This document shows, piece after piece, positions 56,929-64,000 of a stretch of 64,000 nt of DNA. The notes under the pieces were generated by a model. That model saw nothing but the letters and a program-made list of their open reading frames with translations, was not told where the DNA came from and did no database searches. Origin of the DNA: a virus (lineage: Duplodnaviria > Caudoviricetes); IMG/VR virus record IMGVR_UViG_3300021979_000004, positions 96,001 through 160,000 of that record, one strand, 5' to 3'. Each line of letters opens with the position of its first letter. Positions within the stretch are counted from its first letter, which is position 1. The position numbers and the translations under genes are program-made.

Positions 56929-57735
56929 ATGAATATTCAAATTGAAGATGAAAACATACTGAACGTTCTAAACGAGAGTGTCATTGATCGCTTTGAGTTC
57001 GGATCGAAAATATATGGACTTGAGACTGAAAAGTCTGATGCTGATGACATTGCTGTGATCAAACAAAACGATTTCTTTGCCAATACCTTTCTATGGGAAC
57101 ATCATACTATTCAAAGGGCTAGTGAAGAACGTGACACCATCTATACTACCTTGCAGTTGTTGGTAAGGAACCTTATGACTGGTGACTCCACAGCATACTT
57201 TGAAACGCTTCATAGCAATCAGTGTGACGGTACTATACTTGAATTCCTAGCTGACAGGAAATCATGGTTTTATAACTTCACTACCATTCGATCTTTTGTT
57301 GGGTATGCACGTCGAGATATCAAGCACTCTAAGGATAATGGTAAGCGTTTTGCACATGCGGTACGTTGTTACTATGCCGCCAAGATGTTGTTTGATGATC
57401 ATTTTTATACCAATGACTATCGTGAGTATGATACTAACGTGTATGAATACATCCGTTCAATGAAATTGGGTACACATGGTCTAAGTAAGTATGAACTGTC
57501 TCAAGAGATTCAGTATTATAAAAAATCTATTGATGACTTGAGGAAACAGGTTAGTGAGAGCTTTAATAGTAATCAACGGAAGTATGACCGTTATATGTCG
57601 GCTGAGCGTCTTAGAGAGATAGATGCTTATGTTATAGACAAAAACAAGACATTGTGGTATGATTTGGAAGATGAAGAGAATTTTTACATTTATCAAATGT
57701 ACCACGCACTAGAAAACGGTATTGAATATGGATAA
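56929..57735 (+). CDS. second Pol-beta-type nucleotidyltransferase
   Basis: FGSKIYG..SDADD; SFVGYARRD; KRFAHAVR. Confidence 0.75.
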   Translation: MNIQIEDENILNVLNESVIDRFEFGSKIYGLETEKSDADDIAVIKQNDFFANTFLWEHHTIQRASEERDTIYTTLQLLVRNLMTGDSTAYFETLHSNQCDGTILEFLADRKSWFYNFTTIRSFVGYARRDIKHSKDNGKRFAHAVRCYYAAKMLFDDHFYTNDYREYDTNVYEYIRSMKLGTHGLSKYELSQEIQYYKKSIDDLRKQVSESFNSNQRKYDRYMSAERLREIDAYVIDKNKTLWYDLEDEENFYIYQMYHALENGIEYG

Positions 57736-58024
57736 CAACTTACTATATCGAGCAATGTGTAAAGAAGAATTCGAACGCACTATCAAAGAAGGTAGTGCTG
57801 TTTTTTATAAAAGGTTCAAGTGGTTCACACCTAATATTGATTTTCTTCTGAGCCGTGTTCGCGATGGCAAGTTCAACAACAGTCATATTGAGAAGAACAG
57901 GTATGATTATATAGTGTGCTTTGAAGCGGATATTTCCAAGGCACGAGTTTTAAACAGTAATGAAATTCAATTTGATAGGAGGCGAAACCCATCTATCAAA
58001 GTAAAAGAGGTTATACTTAAATGA
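57728..58024 (+). CDS. hypothetical protein (weak ART-like YR..E..G..KWF pattern)
   Basis: LLYRAMCKEEF..FKWFTPN. Confidence 0.55.
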   Translation: MDNNLLYRAMCKEEFERTIKEGSAVFYKRFKWFTPNIDFLLSRVRDGKFNNSHIEKNRYDYIVCFEADISKARVLNSNEIQFDRRRNPSIKVKEVILK

Positions 58025-58443
58025 TTAAATCACCCCAAACGGCAGTTAGACTAGCAACAAACAATCCGTACCAGTCAGATGCATGTCGCATTTTATGTGT
58101 ATGTAGTGTAGGTATGTTGCGTTCACCAACCTTGGCAAATGAGTTGCATAAAAGGTACGGATACAATACCCGTTCTTGTGGGGTATCGATGGAACATGCA
58201 CTTGTGCCTATTTCTACTGCTCTTATTCATTGGGCAGATGAAATTGTATTCATGGATTTTGGTGCGTTCAACGAATTCGTTGATATTGAAGAAAATATGG
58301 AATTGATTAAAAAGGTAAAAAATGCATCTACTGATGTGTTTATTTTAAGCATACCGGATGAGTACGATTGGAATGATCCCAAGTTGAGAGATATTTCGGT
58401 CATGCAATACCTTGAAAAACGAAAATTTAACGATATGGAATAA
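58021..58443 (+). CDS. low-molecular-weight protein tyrosine phosphatase-like protein
   Basis: CX5R P-loop ILCVCSVGMLRSPT; WADEIV; IPDEY. Confidence 0.85.
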   Translation: MIKSPQTAVRLATNNPYQSDACRILCVCSVGMLRSPTLANELHKRYGYNTRSCGVSMEHALVPISTALIHWADEIVFMDFGAFNEFVDIEENMELIKKVKNASTDVFILSIPDEYDWNDPKLRDISVMQYLEKRKFNDME

Positions 58444-58445
58444 TT

Positions 58446-58997
58446 ATGGGATTAGTTTATCATACATCAGATTGGCACCTTGGGCATAAGAATATAAGTA
58501 AGTTCAGGGGCCAAGATGGATTTAAAGGCGAATACGATTCGTCATGGACTCAGATTAACAATTACTCAAACATCATCAGAAAGAATGACCTTGTTTGGTT
58601 TCATGGTGATATTATTTTTGATCCTAACTACCTTCAGGTAGTAAAGGACTTACCGGGTATCAAAAAACTTATCATGGGCAACCATGATACTGAGAAGAAG
58701 CGCAATATTTCAATAAGTGATCTTGTTGAAGTATTTGATGAGATTCATTCCTTGGTTAAGTATAAAGGATCATGGTTGTCTCATGCGCCTATTCACCCTG
58801 AAGAACTTCGTGGATGTGTAAATATACATGGACATACACATTATCATGTGATCAATGACCATCGGTATATTAATGTTTGCTCTGAGCAAACAAACTACAC
58901 ACCTATACGAAGAGAGAAACTTTTGGAAAACAATAAAGCGTTTCAAGAATTTCTTCGTATGCGTGAAGAACAGAAACGGCAACGAAATGGAAAATGA
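58446..58997 (+). CDS. calcineurin-like metallophosphoesterase
   Basis: SDWHLGH, HGD, GNHD, SHAP, HGHTH. Confidence 0.92.
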   Translation: MGLVYHTSDWHLGHKNISKFRGQDGFKGEYDSSWTQINNYSNIIRKNDLVWFHGDIIFDPNYLQVVKDLPGIKKLIMGNHDTEKKRNISISDLVEVFDEIHSLVKYKGSWLSHAPIHPEELRGCVNIHGHTHYHVINDHRYINVCSEQTNYTPIRREKLLENNKAFQEFLRMREEQKRQRNGK

Positions 58998-59319
58998 AAA
59001 ATATATAAAAACACTTTTTAAGAAAAACACTAATATACAAGCCACGGACGATAGCGGTAAAGATGTTATCTTTGTTGTATCTAAAGGGCAGAGTGAGCTT
59101 TTTAATATTGTGCGAGACTGTTTACTTGAGAACGTAAGCGGCTCATGTATATATTGTTCCAGAGATAATGAAGTATACTTTACTGTTTCAAAAAGTGATA
59201 TGAATGTGTTAGAAGTTATATCTAAGAAGATCAAGAAAGATCGTCGGATAGAGATTTCAAAAGTTCTTATCAACTCAAGGAAAGTTCGTAGCTATCTAGA
59301 AAAGAAAGAAAAACGGTAA
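58987..59319 (+). CDS. hypothetical protein
   Basis: Likely start MENEK at 58987. Confidence 0.6.
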   Translation: MENEKYIKTLFKKNTNIQATDDSGKDVIFVVSKGQSELFNIVRDCLLENVSGSCIYCSRDNEVYFTVSKSDMNVLEVISKKIKKDRRIEISKVLINSRKVRSYLEKKEKR

Positions 59320-59907
59320 TCATTCTACCGTTTTTCTAATTTCACGATACCATACAGGTTCTATATAGAAGTCTGTATTCACAGCCCTTTTACCCATTTC
59401 TGGGTATTTCTCCCATAGTAATATCTTATCCACGATGAAATGTTTGTACGTCCATGTCACGGATTTGCACTGATCGTAGATTTCAACAATACGATCAGGC
59501 GCACATACTGGTGGTTCAGTAAAGTTTCCTGTCGGTATGTTTCTAGGTAGCTCCATTAGCCATGGTAGGACACACCATTCAACCTTTTGTGGCTTACCCT
59601 TATGTATCCTGTAGTTTTCACAAAGCTGCATTAGAACGGTCAGCAACCATTCGTAGTTAGCTGATGATTCTCTAACCCATTGTGCTGACGGATGGTTAAC
59701 ATGAGTAGCTTTATAGATATTAGTGTCATACTCGCCTTCCAGACGGTATTCCAGACGGTTCTTTTTGTTCCTGAATGGAATACCATCTAGGACACGATGT
59801 GTCGTTGACAAAAGCTGCGCATACTCTGTGATCATTTTGTTAGTATGTGTGATGCAATGTTCATCCGCACATACTATGGGGTCTTCGTTTGTGTAAAATA
59901 AATTCAT
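59320..59907 (-). CDS. pyrimidine-dimer DNA glycosylase-like (DenV/Pyr_excise family)
   Basis: MNLFY..H..KMITEYAQLLST, YKATHVNHPSAQWVRES..NYEWL. Confidence 0.8.
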   Translation of the reverse strand: MNLFYTNEDPIVCADEHCITHTNKMITEYAQLLSTTHRVLDGIPFRNKKNRLEYRLEGEYDTNIYKATHVNHPSAQWVRESSANYEWLLTVLMQLCENYRIHKGKPQKVEWCVLPWLMELPRNIPTGNFTEPPVCAPDRIVEIYDQCKSVTWTYKHFIVDKILLWEKYPEMGKRAVNTDFYIEPVWYREIRKTVE

Positions 59908-60194
59908 TGTTCAACCCAATTGCTGTTTTCTACGGAAACCGGAAGGTTCATATCATAGAGGAAGTCAAACAGTTCTTCAACGCTTTGATTGTCGTAAGAG
60001 CCTTCGTTGATGGACAGGAACAGAGTTGGGTCTTCCTGACGATGGTAAATATAGTATTCAACTACGTTACCAGCCGAGTCAACAAACTTCCGATCTTGGA
60101 AGGTGTACTTTTTGATTTCAGAGTCGTTACCGTACATAGGATTCCCCTCAATGTTTAAGATATACATACATGGTAAACAATTTTGACCGATCAT
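59904..60194 (-). CDS. hypothetical protein
   Basis: ORF overlapping the next gene; start uncertain. Confidence 0.55.
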   Translation of the reverse strand: MIGQNCLPCMYILNIEGNPMYGNDSEIKKYTFQDRKFVDSAGNVVEYYIYHRQEDPTLFLSINEGSYDNQSVEELFDFLYDMNLPVSVENSNWVEQ

Positions 60195-60226
60195 GCAAGC
60201 TATAAATATAAAAAAACGAGGTTAAA

Positions 60227-60634
60227 ATGTCATTCTTAGATATGCTAGATATTCGGGAAATTACCAGAGCGCATTTTATGATATACCATGAAATGGACAA
60301 CACGTATGAATTCATAACTACCTTAGATTTCAAAGACTGTTACTCCAACGATCCATTTCTCAATAGTATGTCTAAGAAAGATGCATTGAAATACCTTATT
60401 GAAGAAATAACAATAGAAATGTCTCGCTACGGTGTATCCAACATCTATCGCTTTGTTGAGCTAGATAACGATACTAATATTGAAATCAGAGACAAAAATT
60501 ACATCCCTAGTGCCATCTTCCTTTCTATGAAGTTCAACACAAGCCAAGATTTGAACAAATTTAAAATATCACAACCTGACCTTTATAACTATTATAAGAA
60601 AAATTCAAGGTTCTTATATGAGGATTGTGAATAA
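60227..60634 (+). CDS. hypothetical late protein
   Basis: TATAAATA at 60201-60208; RBS GAGG. Confidence 0.7.
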   Translation: MSFLDMLDIREITRAHFMIYHEMDNTYEFITTLDFKDCYSNDPFLNSMSKKDALKYLIEEITIEMSRYGVSNIYRFVELDNDTNIEIRDKNYIPSAIFLSMKFNTSQDLNKFKISQPDLYNYYKKNSRFLYEDCE

Positions 60635-60671
60635 TCCACTTATGGTGTATAATCCTCTCAGGAGGTGAGAT

Positions 60672-60938
60672 ATGACCAGATACGTTGAATTGATGACATG
60701 TCCGAAGAAAGAAAGTCTATTGCTTGGTATTATAGGTGGACTAGGAAATACATTTGGAATAAAACCAGAACTTCTAAGATTAATCTTTAGCGTTATTTTA
60801 ATAGCTAACTTTGTACTCGGAACAAATGCATTTTGGTTTTTTATTATTTTTTACTTCGTAAGCTTCTTTTTAATTCCCCGATATGAAGAAATGTACGACA
60901 GAGCTATTAACCCTGACGCACAACCACCCGAGTTTTAA
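60672..60938 (+). CDS. PspC-domain membrane protein
   Basis: LLGIIGGLGNTFGIKPELLRLIF...YFVSFFLIP matches PspC GVCxGLAxYFxxxxxxVR...Y...W..lP. Confidence 0.7.
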   Translation: MTRYVELMTCPKKESLLLGIIGGLGNTFGIKPELLRLIFSVILIANFVLGTNAFWFFIIFYFVSFFLIPRYEEMYDRAINPDAQPPEF

Positions 60939-61771
60939 AAGTTTTCGCGATACTGTTGGATCATTACCTTGACAGCTTTCTTCCAAAGATCAGGGTTTTG
61001 ATCCTTTATACCACTTAGAACTGGTGAAGAGAAATCATCCAAGAATTCAGTAAACCTTTCAACTCTAGCTGAATCATCGCCAACAAAGTAGCGCATTAGT
61101 TGCATACGGTCATTGTTATTGATATGCAATGATTTGGAAAGGAATTTTATTTTATTTCTAAATGTATTGAACTCAGACTTAAGGGTAGGTAATAGCTCAA
61201 CTGCCGACGTTGCATATTTGATATATTCTTCCTGCGAACCATCTTTGGCTTTATGGTTTTGAACTTGTCTAGGATCGACTTTAGAAAATGCTTTGAATTG
61301 AACAAAATGCATAAGCTCATGCTCAACTGTGTTTTCAAATTCGTGTAGTGTGTAATTAATAAAGGATTCTTTTGGTTCTTGGTCTGCCATCATCATTTTG
61401 AGATTGTGAACGTTTAAAGTTAACATGTTTGTATCGTCATCATACCCACCGTAATAATGATCGTTTGTATCAACGATACGAATATTGATGAACTTATCTT
61501 CCTCAGCAATATTGTATTTAAATTGGTAAGAACCTAACCCAACTTTAGCATTCATGATAACGTTAGAGGTATGGGAAAATTTTAAACGCTTATGAAGTTC
61601 TGGGTATTTTGGATGAATATCGATGGTGCTTAGAAATACATGTCCACTATGCTCGTCATCATTCTTGACCGCCATGAAATCTATAACATACGCATAAACG
61701 AATTCCATGATATCACTGGTTAGTGTTTCTGGTAAACGAATCATGGATTCAAATAACTGTGTTAAACGCAT
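60935..61771 (-). CDS. zincin-like metallopeptidase, candidate head-internal protein
   Basis: MRLTQLFE leader; HELMH...YATSAVE; TATAAATA at 61806-61813. Confidence 0.7.
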   Translation of the reverse strand: MRLTQLFESMIRLPETLTSDIMEFVYAYVIDFMAVKNDDEHSGHVFLSTIDIHPKYPELHKRLKFSHTSNVIMNAKVGLGSYQFKYNIAEEDKFINIRIVDTNDHYYGGYDDDTNMLTLNVHNLKMMMADQEPKESFINYTLHEFENTVEHELMHFVQFKAFSKVDPRQVQNHKAKDGSQEEYIKYATSAVELLPTLKSEFNTFRNKIKFLSKSLHINNNDRMQLMRYFVGDDSARVERFTEFLDDFSSPVLSGIKDQNPDLWKKAVKVMIQQYRENF

Positions 61772-61889
61772 TGTAAAAATCCTTAAACATTAATATTATA
61801 TGTATTATTTATAGTTTGCAAAATTTTTTATTTGCATATAATATGATGTTGTGTTAGTATATACAGGTAAATTGAAATAAGGTGAAATT

Positions 61890-62300
61890 ATGAGCAACGA
61901 AAATCTTGTTTTTGTGTATGGAAGCTTGAAGCAAGGCTACCACAACCATGAAGTTATTTCTTTCGATTTTGATACCCACACTAAGAATAAAGGGTATGAT
62001 TATCTGGGTAAAGCAAAAACAGTTGATAAGTTCGCGATGTACGATATGGGATCATTCCCTGCTATCTCATTTGATGAAAACGGTAAGCAGGTTTCTGGTG
62101 AGCTATACGCGCTTGATGATGCGACATTTGATCTTCTGGATACTCTGGAAGGATACCCTGAGCATTATAACCGTAAGCTGGTTAAGCTTGATGTTGATGA
62201 AGACATCGAAGCATGGATTTATTTTTATGATCCTGAGAGTGTCGATGACACAATGGAAATTATCGACATTGAATCTGATGTGTATGAGTGGGAATATTAA
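61890..62300 (+). CDS. gamma-glutamylcyclotransferase (AIG2-like)
   Basis: VFVYGSLKQG, VSGELY, LDTLEGYP.HYNR, AWIYF. Confidence 0.9.
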   Translation: MSNENLVFVYGSLKQGYHNHEVISFDFDTHTKNKGYDYLGKAKTVDKFAMYDMGSFPAISFDENGKQVSGELYALDDATFDLLDTLEGYPEHYNRKLVKLDVDEDIEAWIYFYDPESVDDTMEIIDIESDVYEWEY

Positions 62301-62307
62301 TTCCCAC

Positions 62308-63237
62308 TTACTTTATTAGGTCTTCAACTCGCTTGTAGAAGTCTTTTACGACTTTCATATAAAGCTTTGGTGTATCTTGCTTTAGTGCTGAGAAATAATT
62401 CTTAGGTGGTATAGTTACAGGCATTGAATGATTGTCTCCCAATTTTATATCAAAACCCTTATCACTTAACGCCACAAACATACGGAAAAACTCTTTCTTC
62501 TGTTCTTTATCAAACTTCTGCCACCAGTCGTCACCTTCAACGAAACTTCTAAAGTCTTGCTCAAGGTTGGCTAGTTGTGGACGAATCTCTGCCGCAGAAG
62601 TAAAATAGTCATTGTGTACTTTATCTTCAGAGCGTTCACCTGATCCATAATTCTTTTTCGTAGCTGATTGGTCTTTGTGCAGCCCAATATCCTGAACCAA
62701 GTGCTGAAGCTCATGGTCGATAACACTCTTTAGTTTATTGAATTCAATTTTTACTTTCTTATCACTTTTACCACTTTCATCGAACCATGCACTTAATACT
62801 TCCCCTGAAAGGTCAAAAGCATTAATTAAAACATGGGGAACGCCATCTTTCATTCTGTAAGATGACACATCTTTTTCTCGCACCATTACTGAAACATCTA
62901 TCACAATAGCATCATTCTTAGTAAAGGAATCAACATTGTTTCTAACAAGCTGTGAGCTATGATAGTAAGGAACTTCTTCTGGACTCAAAACTGCAATCCC
63001 ATAATAGTCACGATTTGCTGACATACTACGCTTGAATCTTCCACTAAATTCCATTTCTAACGCATCAACATCGAGTCCCGTAGTATCTTCTATGACTTCT
63101 TTAAATTCGTTAACATCCTTCTCATTGCCACCACGTGCATGAAAATGATATACTGCAAAAACAGCCATACGGAGAACATCTTCTTTTAGTTCCTCGGGAA
63201 CTTTGATGGTTCTCTCAAATAGTTGATATAGTTTCAT
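62308..63237 (-). CDS. zincin-like metallopeptidase, candidate head-internal protein
   Basis: MKLYQLFE leader; HELQH...YFTSAAE; CATAAATA at 63259-63266. Confidence 0.7.
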   Translation of the reverse strand: MKLYQLFERTIKVPEELKEDVLRMAVFAVYHFHARGGNEKDVNEFKEVIEDTTGLDVDALEMEFSGRFKRSMSANRDYYGIAVLSPEEVPYYHSSQLVRNNVDSFTKNDAIVIDVSVMVREKDVSSYRMKDGVPHVLINAFDLSGEVLSAWFDESGKSDKKVKIEFNKLKSVIDHELQHLVQDIGLHKDQSATKKNYGSGERSEDKVHNDYFTSAAEIRPQLANLEQDFRSFVEGDDWWQKFDKEQKKEFFRMFVALSDKGFDIKLGDNHSMPVTIPPKNYFSALKQDTPKLYMKVVKDFYKRVEDLIK

Positions 63238-63301
63238 TAATTATACTCCATTTTATAATATTTATGAAAAACATAAATACAAAAGATTAAGGAGACTTGT
63301 T

Positions 63302-63661
63302 ATGTTTGATCGACTAATCGCCTTTCAAGAAAATGGCGAATGTTTATATTTTTTCGTACCATTGAATCTTTCTTTAGAACAGTTCCTAGAGAATGTGAAA
63401 ATAGAGATAGTATCCAAGAAACGATATAATACTGAGATAAAACATATCAAAAGACAACTGGATAAAGAACAACAAACAATGGAAAACAAAAGCAATCCAG
63501 AAGTAACAAGCGAACAAGCCAAAGTCCTAATAAAAACCTTCGTATCAAATCATCCCTTAGACAATCGATCACCATCAGAAATACTTAAAGACGCAGGAGC
63601 CGTTGAGCTTATTTCAAAAATACCACCAAGCAACATTCTTAAATCAGACGAATTGGATTAA
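63302..63661 (+). CDS. hypothetical late protein
   Basis: CATAAATA at 63272-63279; RBS GGAG. Confidence 0.65.
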   Translation: MFDRLIAFQENGECLYFFVPLNLSLEQFLENVKIEIVSKKRYNTEIKHIKRQLDKEQQTMENKSNPEVTSEQAKVLIKTFVSNHPLDNRSPSEILKDAGAVELISKIPPSNILKSDELD

Positions 63662-64000
63662 TACCACTCTTCCATACCAAGCTGTTTGAGTATTATTCTC
63701 ACAATATTGTTAACATAGCGTTCAAGCTGGTATGATGAAAGATCACGGTTAACTAAATCATGGTGGAACTCTAACGCTTCCTCTGGGATAGCATCATAGC
63801 GATATAGTCCAAATAGTAAGTTACGTAATATCATTTTAACATTATCGCGATCACCACCGAATGGTGCTAAGTCAAGCTCACTGCCGCCACGTAGCAAGTC
63901 TACCAGAATTCTTATTCTATCTCGGTTGGCCTTTAAGAATCTTACCTTCTCTTCTTTTTTCTTTATGATTTCCCACTTAGATTTTATGTCTTCGATAAAA
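63658..64000 (-). CDS. hypothetical protein, partial (starts beyond window end)
   Basis: Frame open from the window edge (FIEDIKSKWEII...) through the TTG called by the track. Confidence 0.65.
   Translation of the reverse strand, partial: FIEDIKSKWEIIKKKEEKVRFLKANRDRIRILVDLLRGGSELDLAPFGGDRDNVKMILRNLLFGLYRYDAIPEEALEFHHDLVNRDLSSYQLERYVNNIVRIILKQLGMEEWY

Noticed and set aside
269-63522. Many short antisense or alternative-frame ORFs in the track (e.g. 269..577, 1032..1280, 8147..8428, 24430..24807, 30967..31506, 44970..45596, 58770..59273)
   Set aside because: They lie inside well-supported genes, lack an RBS and are typical shadow ORFs.
1-64000. tRNA, rRNA or CRISPR arrays; stop-codon recoding
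   Set aside because: I saw no cloverleafs or regularly spaced repeats, and conserved genes read through intact with the standard code.

Overview
This 64-kb window comes from an AT-rich, gene-dense, T4-related (myovirus-type) large or jumbo phage genome. I saw no tRNA, rRNA or CRISPR array. Structural genes are scattered rather than clustered: a 957-aa tail sheath, four tandem tail-tube-fold genes, a gp4-like head completion nuclease, and gp13- and gp14-like neck proteins. They are interleaved with nucleotide-metabolism genes (dNMP kinase, MazG-like NTP-PPase, dCMP deaminase, thymidine kinase, two NUDIX), an ATP-dependent DNA ligase, a DenV-like glycosylase and many small early hypothetical genes. 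Two promoter classes recur: host sigma70-type (TTGACA/TATAAT) and T4 late-type ((T/C)ATAAATA or CTAAATA). Highlights: (1) a stand-alone late gene encoding only the 87-aa middle of the terminase ATPase, flanked by the C-half of one split intein and the N-half of a second. The cuts fall in Walker A and just before Walker B, implying a TerL assembled from at least three polypeptides by double protein trans-splicing. (2) A phage-encoded CheW, plus PspC-domain and Bfd-like host-type genes. (3) About ten late, acidic proteins sharing an N-terminal M(R/K)(L/I)xx(L/I)(F/L/N)E leader resembling T4 capsid-targeting propeptides; their payloads include zincins, amidoligases, ParB-like, KTSC and ART-like folds. 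(4) A 15-bp RBS-occluding hairpin with a late promoter in its loop. All family assignments come from motif recognition by eye; no database searches were run.
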